DNA from: Candidatus Multivoradales bacterium
GTDB taxonomy: Bacteria; Acidobacteriota; Thermoanaerobaculia; Multivoradales; J023
DNA length: 64,000 nt
Assembly: GCA_965250305.1 (NCBI GenBank)
Contig: CBDFNS010000013.1
Span: forward strand, 1-64,000
Direction: 5' to 3'
Part shown: positions 1-9,724 of the stretch, one piece after another
How positions within the stretch are numbered: the first letter of the stretch is position 1
How the letters are laid out: every line of letters starts with the position of its first letter
The notes under the pieces: generated by a model
Database searches by the model: none
What the model saw: only the letters and a program-made list of their open reading frames with translations
What the model was told of the DNA's origin: nothing
Translations under genes and position numbers: made by a program

Positions 1-42
1 CGGGCGAGACATCGGTGAAGTCGTCCGGTTTGTCGTGCAAGA

Positions 43-589
43 TCAATAGAAACTGTCCCATAGTCCGATCCTCCATCGTTTGTCGAGATCATACGCGCTT
101 CGTGCGCGCAGAATGTGATGCGTTTGATGGGTAGACGAACGAGGTGGCGAGAAATCGACAGGGGTGGCAAAAAGGGCCTCGGCGAGCGATCGGCCGAGAA
201 CATCTCGGCGACGTTTTCCGCGGTCGCGACGGCGCGTGTGGCGATGAAGTGGACCCCTTTCAGGTGGCGACTTCGACCACGTCGTCGACGGCACACCCGG
301 TGCCTCTTCGAGCTCGAAGAGCAAGAGATCGGAGAGCGACGATTGTGTCCCCTCGATCTGGGAAGAGAGTACCGCCTCCTTGCGTACGTGGGCGTAAAGA
401 AAGAGGTCCCGGTCTGGCAAATAAAGCCGAAATGCCGTCGAGCCGGCCGAGCGCCAGTACCGCCGATTCGAGCGCCTGCTGGAGCGGGCCGTCGAGAACC
501 ACCGGCGGAACGGGCGGCAGGGAGCTGGCACGAAGGCGCTCGCCTCCGGCAGTCGTGACCTCGTAGGTACCCGTTGCTCCACGGTGCAT
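43..589 (-). pseudogene. Fic/DOC-family protein remnant, at least two frame switches
   Basis: Fic N-terminal-like segments (LGRLDGISALFARPG.., LFLYAHVRKEAVLSSQIEGTQSSLSDLL, DDVVEVAT) are split between ORFs 260..589(-) and 43..582(-). No HPFx(D/E)GNGR core was found. Confidence 0.35.
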
Positions 590-856
590 GATGGTGCCCT
601 CGAACGATGGAAGTATTAATAGCGATGTTAGCTATTGATACTTGTGCGCTAAAGTTTAACAGCCTGGCCTCGCTTCGGTGCCAGACATCTTGGCGCTAAG
701 GTCTCGACGGTCGGGTGGTGGCGACTCGAAGGCACAGAATCGCTGCAGCGCCGGTGCTCTGGAGAATTGATAGAGCATGCACAGAGCCGACTGCTGAGGG
801 CAGCCGGCTCTGGACACGTCTCTGCTGTTCGGCGGCGCCACGTTCACAGGCGCCGC

Positions 857-2617
857 CAGTCCTACTAGCCCTTGGCGTTTTTCAACCAGGGCTTGCGCTC
901 GAAGTAGCTCTTGGTGAGCTTGACTACGACGCCGGAAAGCAAGACCACCGCCAACAGGTTGGGGAAGGTGACGAGACCAAGGGCGACATCGCCGAGGATC
1001 CAGATGAAGGCCAAACTTAGTATGGCGCCAACGAAGTGCATGGCGACGTAGATCAGCTTGTACGGGAGGATCGCCTTTTTGCCCCAGATGTAGTTGGCAC
1101 AGCGGTCGCCCGTAGTAGCTCCAGGAGATGGCGGTCGAGATGCCGAAGAGGATGACCGAGATCACCACGATGTAATGACCCCAGTCGCCGAACGGTGCCA
1201 AACCCTTGCGGAATGCGTGTTGGGTTAGCGGGGCACCGGCTTCGACGGCGCCGCCGTAGAGGGTGTCGAAGGTTGAGCCGTCCGCCGAGGTAGCGGAGTT
1301 GTCTCCGGGCCGAATGGTACCGGTGAAGGGGCGCGTTTGCGCTTCATCGACGAACAGGCGGTCTACGTAGACCTCGTGCCAGGCGAACTGCGGGGCATCG
1401 GCTTGTTGGACACCATCGGTGACGCGAATCTCTGTCGGCGTGTCGGCACCATTCATGGACCCGTCGCTGCTTACCATGACGTAAGAGGCGTCGCCACCAC
1501 CGATGGGCAGGGCGGTGGGGAAGCGCTCGTTCCACACGCCGGTGGTCAAGATCACCAGGCCGGTCATGGTGCAGATGACGAGGGTGTCGATGAAGGGTTC
1601 GAGCAACGCCACGACACCTTCGGAAACCGGTTCGTCGGTCTTCGCCGCGGCATGGGCGATCGGCGCTGAGCCTTGGCCGGCTTCGTTGGAGAACAGACCG
1701 CGCCGGATGCCCCACATCATGGTGACCAGGAAGGCCCCGGTACCCGTACCGGCGACACCGGCCGCGGGGTTGAAGGCTTCGCGGAAAATGAGTCCGAGGG
1801 TGGGCATGATCTCACCGGCGTTGAGCAGCACGATCGCGACCGCACCGGTCAGGTAAATGGCGGCCATCAACGGCGCCAAGATACTGGTGACGCGGCCAAT
1901 GCGCGAGATGCCGCCCAGAATTACACCGGCCACGATGCTGGCGGTGATCAAGCCGGTAATCCAAGCCGGTACGCCGAACTGCGATTGGACGGCGTCAGCG
2001 ACCGTGTTGGCTTGGACGCCGTTGCCAGTCAGGAATGACGTAAGGATGAGCGCGCCGGCGAAGAACACCGCAAGCGGCTTCCACGACGCGCCCAGGCCTT
2101 TCTCGATGTAGTACATCGGGCCGCCCGAGACCGAGCCGTCCCATGCGTTGGGATCCTTGTCGGGTTTCTCGATTTGGCGGAAGTGCTGAGCCAACGTGAC
2201 CTCGGAGTACTTGAGGCCCATACCGAAGAAGGCGGTGATCCACATCCAAAACAGCGCACCGGGCCCGCCCCAGTGAATGGCCATGGCGACGCCAGCGATG
2301 TTGCCGATACCGACCGTCGCGGAGAGCGCGGTGGTCAGCGCCTGGAAATGAGTAACGTCGCCGGGTTCGTTCGGGTCGTCGTACTTCCCGGTGGCGACTG
2401 CGAAGCCGTGTCCCAGATGCCGGATCTGAATGAACGACAGGCGCAGGGCCAGGAAAACGCCGGTACCGAGGAGCGCGATCACCAAGAGCGGGATCGTTTC
2501 GCCGCCGACCGGGATACCGAAGGTCCAGACGTAGTATTCGAGGGTGCTGACGATCGAACTGAAAAAGTCCATGCTCGCTCCGCTTGCGACCGATGTCGCG
2601 TTGGTAGTGGCCGCCAA
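857..2617 (-). pseudogene. Alanine/glycine:cation symporter (AGCS family), apparent 1-bp frameshift near 1108-1112
   Basis: The 653-aa ORF matches AGCS transporters up to ..ISWSYYG. The canonical C-terminus (DRCANYIWGKKAILPYKLIYVAMHFVGAILSLAFIW..KSYFERKPWLKNAKG*) continues in the -1 frame to a TAG at about 857-859. An extra G lies in the GGGC run. Confidence 0.75.
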
Positions 2618-2805
2618 GGCCCGGCAGTTCCGTTTCTTCGTTGTGGGCTGACGATTTTATACCACGCCGGAGGGATGGTATCGGCCGGGGGCCGCGACCA
2701 ACACGGTTCGCGGTATCGGTCGCAGGCGAGATGGGTTCGAAGGGGGTGAATACGAGGGGAGTGACGGCCGTATTGTTGGTGAGCAACACAACAAGGAGCC
2801 CAAAG

Positions 2806-3990
2806 ATGATTCTTCCCTTCATGTTTACCGTCGAGCAGCAGCAGGCCGCCATTGTCCAACGCTTTGGCAAGTTCGCACGCGTGGCTCCGGCGGGCCTCAG
2901 TTTCAAGGTGCCCTTTACCGAATCCGTGGCCGGTCGCGTCAATCTTCGGGTGCAGCAGCTCGATGTCGAGGTTGAGACCAAGACCCGGGACAATGTCTTC
3001 GTCAAGGTGGTCGTCTCGGTTCAGTATTTCGTTTTGCCCGAGAAGATCTACGAGGCGTTCTACAAACTGAACAATGCTGAGAAGCAGATCACCTCGTTCG
3101 TCTTCGACGTGGTGCGGGCGCGGGTCCCGGGTATCAAGCTCGACGACGTGTTCGAGAAAAAGGATGACATCGCCGACGCCGTCCGACAGGAGCTCACGGA
3201 GGTGATGGATGATTTCGGCTACGGGATCGTCAAGACCCTGGTGACCGACATTGACCCCGACGCCAAGGTCAAGGAGTCGATGAACGAGATCAACGCCGCC
3301 CAGCGCTTGCGCGTCGCGGCCGAGGAGAAGGGCGAGGCCGACAAGATCCTCAAGGTCAAGGCGGCCCAAGCCGAAGCCGAAGCCAAAGCACTATCGGGTA
3401 AGGGCATTGCCGACCAGCGGCGCGCGATCATCGACGGTCTGCGTGAGTCGGTCGACGAGTTCCAGCGTTCGATTCCAGGTGCTTCCCCCCAAGACGTAAT
3501 GAACGTGGTGCTGATGACCCAGTACTTCGACATGCTCAAGGAACTCGGTGCGACGTCGCAGAACAACACCATCTTGGTGCCGCACTCCCCCAGTGCGGTG
3601 ACCGATCTCGCCACTCAGATTCGAGACAGCATGGTGACCGCGGGGACAAGTCACGGCCAACGCTCAGTAGCCCGAACGATCGGACGATCAGAGAGATTGA
3701 GCAGGCACGTGGTCATGTCGATGGCCACATTCTTGGCTACGATTTCTCCATCGATTTGGGCCCAGACTGGCGTTCAATGCCTGGTGTTGCCCGCACCCGG
3801 GCATCGTTTGGTTGCCAACTTTCGTTTGCGCGCCGACCAGCTCTTCTGGGACGACTTCGAAAACGGCGGCACCGGATCCTGGGATCTGCCGATCAGCGGT
3901 TCGTTGAATCACTCCGGATTAGCGACGGTCGCAGACCGGAGCCGTTCGCCGTTCGCCCACGGTCGGCGGCACGGCTCTCGGCGCCGGTAG
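2806..3990 (+). CDS. SPFH/band-7 (stomatin/prohibitin-like) domain protein; C-terminal about 100 aa atypical
   Basis: MILPFMFTVEQQQAAIVQRFGKF.., a VKVVVSVQY core and a coiled-coil KVKAAQAEAEAKAL are present. The start was chosen at the internal Met with band-7 homology; the C-terminal tail (MSMATFLATISPSIWAQ..FWDDFENGG) looks like a fused remnant. Confidence 0.65.
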   Translation: MILPFMFTVEQQQAAIVQRFGKFARVAPAGLSFKVPFTESVAGRVNLRVQQLDVEVETKTRDNVFVKVVVSVQYFVLPEKIYEAFYKLNNAEKQITSFVFDVVRARVPGIKLDDVFEKKDDIADAVRQELTEVMDDFGYGIVKTLVTDIDPDAKVKESMNEINAAQRLRVAAEEKGEADKILKVKAAQAEAEAKALSGKGIADQRRAIIDGLRESVDEFQRSIPGASPQDVMNVVLMTQYFDMLKELGATSQNNTILVPHSPSAVTDLATQIRDSMVTAGTSHGQRSVARTIGRSERLSRHVVMSMATFLATISPSIWAQTGVQCLVLPAPGHRLVANFRLRADQLFWDDFENGGTGSWDLPISGSLNHSGLATVADRSRSPFAHGRRHGSRRR

Positions 3991-5619
3991 CGAGCCAGAC
4001 GCTCGACCGCCCACGGGGCTGCCATCCCCTTGCCGGTACCGAGCACCGCGCGCTGCCACGCTACCGCCGGCCCGTACTGCCCGGTCTCGGCGAAGGCCAT
4101 GGCCACGGCTTCGGCCTCGCTGGCGGTGACGGGGCCGCTTTCGGTCAGGCTGTGGGCCAGCACGAGCGCGGCTGCGCCGTTGCGCTGCGCGACGATCGGT
4201 ACCGCCGCGTGCAGTCGTATCGCTAAGGCCAGTAAATCCCGGCTCGCGGGCAAGGTGGCGCGATGCCGTTCGAGAGCCTCGAACAGCGCCGGCCAGCGGC
4301 GCGTGGCTAGCAGGCTCAGCAGCTCTCCGTGGCGGGCGGCCTCGAGGCTCGGATCGAGCGCTTGTGCCCGGCGGTCGTGCTCGAGAGCCTGGTCGAAGCG
4401 GCCAGCGTCGCGGAGGACCTCAGCGAGCGCCAGGTGGGTCGCTTCGTCGTTGTTGTCGACCGCGAGCGCGGTGCCCAGCAGGCTCAGCGCTTCGTCAATG
4501 GCGCCGTCCTGCGCCCGGACGCGTGCCAGCAGCTGCAGCGATGGACCGTGAGCCGGGTCGGTGTCGAGTAGCGTTCGCAGCGCCTCGACGGCTTCGGTAC
4601 GGCGGCCGAGGTTGAGCAACGCCAATCCCAGGCCGTAGCCGGCATAGGTGTGATCGGGATCAGCGATCAGCGCCTGACGGAATTCGATCGCAGCCAAAGC
4701 ATGATCGCCGGCGGTCGCCGCCTTCAGCCCACGCAGATCGTGCGCGCGGGCGCCGACGCGCAGGTCGGCCACGGCGCGCATGAGAGGGTCGTCGACCCGC
4801 AGGGCGTCGTGCACGAGGTTGTTGGCCGGCACCCGGGCGAAATGGTCACGGGCGCGCTCGACGTGGCCGAGGCTGCGATGAGCCAATCCCAAGGCGTAGT
4901 GAATCGGCACCGCCGAGGGCTGACGGGCGAGCGCTCGCTCGAGCAGCGCCACGGCAGCCGCCGGTTCGCCCTCGGCAATGGCGACCCGCGCCCGACCCAC
5001 GATTGCGCGGTCGTTTTCCGGATCGTGACTGAGTGCACGGGCGAAGAACGTGCGCGCGGCGTCGAGGTGGTTGCCGGCCAGCGCCTCTTCGGCGGCCCAT
5101 ACCAACGCCGGCACATGGTCGGGGTCGAGCGCCAGTGCTTGGGCTCGCGATGCCCTGGCAATCCTCCACGTCGCCCAGCGTTCGCAGCACGCGGCCGAGG
5201 TAGTAGTGCCATCGAAACGAGGTCGGGTCGAGCGTGGCGGCGGCGCGGTAGCAACGGCCCGCCGCCTGATGATAGTCGTAGGCGTGTAGGGCCATGCCCA
5301 GACGGCCGAAGGCTCCGGAGCGGCTCGCGGCATCGCGATCATCGGCGGTGCGCTCGGCGAGCGCCGCGACGAGCGCCTGATGGCGCGTCCGCAGTTGCTC
5401 CTGTACCGGTCGGTCGAGACGATCGATCTCGGCCGGCAAGGACACCGGCTCACGCACCAGACGTTCGAGCTCCGGATTGGCGGGCTGTCTCGGGGCACAA
5501 CCGAGCGTTGCCGCCAGCGCGGTCAGCAGAACGACGCCGAGATAGGGGGCCGATTCCGCTGTCCGAAGGTTGTTCGGCCGCGTGGCACGTGCTCGACGCG
5601 TGGCGCGACCTCGGCTCAT
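3909..5619 (-). pseudogene. TPR-repeat lipoprotein with apparent 1-bp frameshift near 5150-5165
   Basis: The N-terminal part is in ORF 4846..5619 (lipobox LTALAATLGC, TPR YYLGRVLRTLGDVE). TPR repeats continue in ORF 3909..5498 (IARASRAQALALDPDHVPA..). The start codon overlaps the stop of the upstream ASPIC gene. Confidence 0.65.
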
Positions 5620-7427
5620 GGCTCGGAAGGTGGTGGTCGTTGGCCGCTGCCCTCGGCCAGCACGTGGTAGCGGTCGATCGCGAGCGCGGGGAAGTGTTCA
5701 CGGCGGCCGTCGGGCCAGCGTACATCGACATCGACTTCCGCTGTGTCGGTCGAGCCGAGGCCGAGGATCACCCGCGGGTCGTTCGACGAACAGTAGCTGG
5801 CGTCGGTCTTGGACCGGCGCAGTCGCGGCTTGCCCGCGGCGTTGCGAACCACGACCTCGGCACCCAGCTGGTCTCGGCGTCGATCCGAGCCGAGAAGCCG
5901 CAAGCCGAGCCAGTGTGCGTCCTGGCCTACGGTGTTGATGAGCAGACGCGCCGGACCGTTGTTGTTGACCAGCAACACGTCGAGATCGCCGTCATTGTCG
6001 AGGTCACCGGTAGCGACGCCGCGACTGACCTCGGGCGTCACCAGTGCCGGTACGCGGTCGCTCCATTCCTCGAAGGTGCCGTCGCCGCGGTTGTGAAACA
6101 GCTGGTTGGGCTGGTGCAACGAGTAGGGGTGGCCGTGCAGCGACGGCGGGGTCTTGACCGCACCGTTGGCAACCACGATGTCGAGCCAGCCGTCGTTGTC
6201 GAGGTCGAACAGGGCGGTGCCGAAGCCGGTCGATGCCAGGCTCGGGGTGGCCAACGCGGTGGCGGCCGAATCGTCGACGAACAGGCCCTGACCTTGGTTG
6301 CGGTAGACGGTGTTGTTTTCGCCGTCGAGATGGGTCATGAACAAGTCGTCGTCGCCGTCATTGTCGAAATCGCCGGCGTCGACCCCCATGCTGGCCTGGG
6401 CGCGCCCCTGTAGGTCGACAGCGCAGCCGGCGAAGAGCGCGTCGTTGCGAAAGGTGAGGCGGCCGTCGTCGCCGGTGCCCTGGCTGTGCCAAAGCACGTT
6501 GCGCATTAGGTCGTTGGCGACGTAGAGATCGGTCCAGCCGTCGCGATCGAAGTCGGCCGCCACCACGCCCAGGCCGCTGCCTCGTTCGTCGAGAATGCCC
6601 GCCGCCAGTGAGATGTCCTCGAAGGTGCCGTCGCCGCGGTTGCGCAGCAGTTGGTCGTGCTCGGGTTGGTAGCTGTGGGGTCCGCAATACTCGAGCGCAC
6701 CGCTGGCGGTGAGGCAGGGTTTGCGAACGGCGGGTCCGTAGTCGACGTAGTTGGTGACGTAGAGGTCCAGCCAGCCATCGCGGTCGAGGTCGACGACGGC
6801 GGCGCTGGTCGACCACCGGGCGGCACCGTCGCCGGTAGCGGCAGTGGCGGCGGTGCGGTCTTCGAACGTGCCGTCACCGCGGTTGCGCCACAGCTGATTG
6901 GCGCCGAAGTTGGTGACGAAGAGGTCGACCCAGCCGTCGTTGTCGAAGTCGCCGGCGGCGACGCCCATGCCATAGCCCGCGGCGAGGATGCCGCTGGCTT
7001 CGGTTACGTCGGTGAAGCGCGGCTCCGGCGCGCCATTCGCATCGGCGCCGAGGTCGTTGCGGAACAATCGGTCGACGGTCGGTAGACGGGCTGGCGGAAA
7101 GACCGCCTCGGAGGGGTCTTGGATGCCACCGAGCATGTGTCCTTGGACCAGGTACACGTCGAGGTCGCCGTCATTGTCATAGTCAAAGAGCGCGCCGCCA
7201 CTACCCGCGATCTCGTGGAAGTAGAACGCGCCCGACATGCCATTGAAGTGGACGAAGTCGAGCCCGGATGCGGCGGTACGGTCTGCGAGCGGTGGCGGCG
7301 CCACCGGCACGGGGCTGCGGCAGGCGATCGCGAGGAGGTGGGCGCCCGCGGCGAGCACGATCAGGACCGGCCAGCGGCGCCATCGAGGTAAAATCATTGC
7401 GGTCTTGATCATGGTGGAGGGCTTCAT
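5616..7427 (-). CDS. FG-GAP repeat / ASPIC-UnbV (CRTAC1-like) lipoprotein
   Basis: Repeated DxDxDGxxD FG-GAP calcium-type motifs (DYDNDGDLDVY, DFDNDGWVDLF, DLDRDGWLDLYVTNY..) and a C-terminal ASPIC/UnbV-like domain. Signal/lipobox MKPSTMIKTAMILPRWRRWPVLIVLAAGAHLLAIAC. Confidence 0.8.
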   Translation of the reverse strand: MKPSTMIKTAMILPRWRRWPVLIVLAAGAHLLAIACRSPVPVAPPPLADRTAASGLDFVHFNGMSGAFYFHEIAGSGGALFDYDNDGDLDVYLVQGHMLGGIQDPSEAVFPPARLPTVDRLFRNDLGADANGAPEPRFTDVTEASGILAAGYGMGVAAGDFDNDGWVDLFVTNFGANQLWRNRGDGTFEDRTAATAATGDGAARWSTSAAVVDLDRDGWLDLYVTNYVDYGPAVRKPCLTASGALEYCGPHSYQPEHDQLLRNRGDGTFEDISLAAGILDERGSGLGVVAADFDRDGWTDLYVANDLMRNVLWHSQGTGDDGRLTFRNDALFAGCAVDLQGRAQASMGVDAGDFDNDGDDDLFMTHLDGENNTVYRNQGQGLFVDDSAATALATPSLASTGFGTALFDLDNDGWLDIVVANGAVKTPPSLHGHPYSLHQPNQLFHNRGDGTFEEWSDRVPALVTPEVSRGVATGDLDNDGDLDVLLVNNNGPARLLINTVGQDAHWLGLRLLGSDRRRDQLGAEVVVRNAAGKPRLRRSKTDASYCSSNDPRVILGLGSTDTAEVDVDVRWPDGRREHFPALAIDRYHVLAEGSGQRPPPSEP

Positions 7428-7509
7428 GGGCTCTCGAAGAGCGGAGCATAGCGGGAATCGTCGACGCGTCGCCAACCCGCGTTTCTTCGCGGGCGGCGGT
7501 GGCAACGAC

Positions 7510-7545
7510 AGATTGACAGGAACGGGGTCCTGGGCGATAGTACGT
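7510..7545 (+). promoter_or_regulatory. Putative sigma70-like promoter (TTGACA-N17-GATAGT) for the sulfatase-like gene
   Basis: ttgacaggaacggggtcctgggcgatagt lies in the divergent intergenic region upstream of the ATG at 7568. Confidence 0.3.
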
Positions 7546-7567
7546 TCCCCGTCGAACTGCTTCGAAG

Positions 7568-9724
7568 ATGGTCACACTTCACCTCGCAGCCATGATCTCA
7601 TCGCGTTTCATATACTTCGTACTCGTGGTCGTTTTTCTGCTGACCGGCTGTGCCAAGCCGGCGCCGTGGAATGTGGTCTTGGTGACCTTCGACACCACCC
7701 GCGCCGATCACCTTGGCTGCTACGGCAACGATTCCGTCAAAACGCCCAACGTCGATGGCCTGGCGGCTGAAGGCGTGCGCTTCGCCCGTGCCTACAGTTC
7801 CTTGCCGATCACGTTGCCGTCGCATGCCGCCATTCTCACGGGCCGTTTCCCCATGGGCAACGGTGTGCGCGACAACGGCATCTTTGTCCTGGCGCCGGAC
7901 CAGCTGACCCTCGCCGAGCGTCTGTCCGAGGCCGGCTATGCCACGGCCGCCGCCATCGGTGCCTTTCCGTTGGTGGCGCGGTTCGGCCTCGACCAAGGGT
8001 TCGATCTCTACGACGATGACCTCGATAGCCATTTCGTCGACCTCGGCGGCCCACGTCCGGTCGATCGGAAGCGCCTGTACTTTCGCGAACGCACGGCCGC
8101 GCGGGTCAACGAGGCGGTCTTGCCGTGGCTTGATGAACATCAAGACGATCCGTTTTTCTTGTGGGTGCATTACTACGATCCGCACCAACCGCTGGAACCA
8201 CCTGCGCCCTATGACGAGCTTTACGCCAACGATCCGTATGATGGCGAGATCGCCTACGCCGACGAGAGTCTTGGCGTGCTGCTCGACCGTTTGCGTGAGC
8301 ACGGCGTCTACGAGCGGACGCTGATCGTTTTCACCGCTGATCACGGCGAGGGGTTGGGTGAGCATCGAGAGGGCACCCACTCGTTTCTGGTCTACGACAC
8401 GACCCTGCATGTACCGCTGGTCATTCGCGCGCCCGGCGGTCCGGACGGACGCGTGGTCCAAGACCGCGTTCGCTCGGTCGATCTGGTGCCGACGGTGCTC
8501 GAGATGCTCGACCTGCCGGTGGCCGAGGATCTGCATGGACGGAGTCTGGTGCGCTATTTGGGCACCGAGCCGCCGGTGCCCCAGTCACGGCCTCAGTACG
8601 CGGAGACGCTGTCGCCGCGTTTGACCCATGGCTGGGGCGAGCTACGAGCGCTCTACGACGGCGATTGGAAATACATTCACGGGCCGCGTCCCGAACTCTT
8701 CCGCATTGTCGACGATCCTGGGGAGCTGGACGATCGCATCGCAGCCGAGCCCGACATCGCCGCGTCGATGCGTGAGCGGCTTGCCGCCTTTGTCGAGCGT
8801 CACGCCATGCGCGAGGGAGAAGGAGGCTCGGTGGTCACGGTCGACGACGAGACGCGTCAACGTCTCGAAGCGCTCGGTTACCTTCAGGGTAGCGGGCCGA
8901 CCGATGCGGTCATTCTCGAAGCGCTGCGAGACGACGGTGCCCCACCACAAGACAAGGTGGGCGAGATCGGTTTGGTCAGCTCGGTCAAGAGCATGCTCTT
9001 GGACGGGCGAGCGCTGGTCGCCCGTGGTTTGACCGAACGCTTGGTCGAAAAGGATCCAGACAACCTCTACTACTTGGAGCTGCACGCCGGCGCGCTGGCG
9101 CAGCTCGGTCGCGACGACGAGGCGCTGGCGGTGGTCGAGAAGTTGGTTGCCGACGGCCCGAGCCGTGGTGGTGCCGAGCAGCTGATGATCCGGATCGGCT
9201 TCGCGCGCTATCAGCAGGGAGATGACGGTGGCCTCGGCTTGGTGCGTCGGAGCCTGGAGCTGAAGCCCAGTGCCGAAGGTTGGCACGTGCTCTCGATGGT
9301 GCTGCGCGGCCGTGGGCAGGTAGCGGCCGCGCGGGCCGACCTCGGACGCGCGCTCGAGGTCGATCCCGGTTTCACGCCGGCGCGGGTAGACCTGGCGATT
9401 CTCGATGCGCAGGCCGGCGAGCGGCTGGCCGCGGGGGAGCGGTTTCGCGCGATTCTTGGCGATGATCCCTACGCCGCCACGGCTCATTTCAACTATGGTG
9501 CCTACCTGGTCGAAGACAACGACTTGGCCACTGCCCTGGGCCACTTCCGACGCGCGCTGGTGCTCGAGCCGCGCTATCTCAAGGCCCACCGAGCGGCGAT
9601 CGCGCTGCATATCGCGCTGGGCGAGATCGAAGCGGCGCGCGCGTTGGCGGCGGCGGTGGCGCGCTGGGCTCCGCCCGGGCTCGAACGCGAGGAGATTCGG
9701 CAGATGATCGAGGAGGCGTCATGA
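7568..9724 (+). CDS. Sulfatase-family (alkaline-phosphatase superfamily) lipoprotein with C-terminal TPR domain; FGly motif replaced (T-L-P-S-H)
   Basis: Sulfatase N-terminal homology (VVLVTFDTTRADHLGCYG..KTPNVDGLAAEGVRFARAY). The CxPxR position reads TLPSH. The C-terminal half carries TPR repeats. Lipoprotein signal VVVFLLTGC. Confidence 0.8.
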   Translation: MVTLHLAAMISSRFIYFVLVVVFLLTGCAKPAPWNVVLVTFDTTRADHLGCYGNDSVKTPNVDGLAAEGVRFARAYSSLPITLPSHAAILTGRFPMGNGVRDNGIFVLAPDQLTLAERLSEAGYATAAAIGAFPLVARFGLDQGFDLYDDDLDSHFVDLGGPRPVDRKRLYFRERTAARVNEAVLPWLDEHQDDPFFLWVHYYDPHQPLEPPAPYDELYANDPYDGEIAYADESLGVLLDRLREHGVYERTLIVFTADHGEGLGEHREGTHSFLVYDTTLHVPLVIRAPGGPDGRVVQDRVRSVDLVPTVLEMLDLPVAEDLHGRSLVRYLGTEPPVPQSRPQYAETLSPRLTHGWGELRALYDGDWKYIHGPRPELFRIVDDPGELDDRIAAEPDIAASMRERLAAFVERHAMREGEGGSVVTVDDETRQRLEALGYLQGSGPTDAVILEALRDDGAPPQDKVGEIGLVSSVKSMLLDGRALVARGLTERLVEKDPDNLYYLELHAGALAQLGRDDEALAVVEKLVADGPSRGGAEQLMIRIGFARYQQGDDGGLGLVRRSLELKPSAEGWHVLSMVLRGRGQVAAARADLGRALEVDPGFTPARVDLAILDAQAGERLAAGERFRAILGDDPYAATAHFNYGAYLVEDNDLATALGHFRRALVLEPRYLKAHRAAIALHIALGEIEAARALAAAVARWAPPGLEREEIRQMIEEAS

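Noticed and set aside
115-566. Plus-strand ORFs 115..558 and 144..566
   Set aside because: They are antisense to the Fic-like remnant, Arg/Gly-rich with no homology, and typical spurious ORFs of high-GC DNA.
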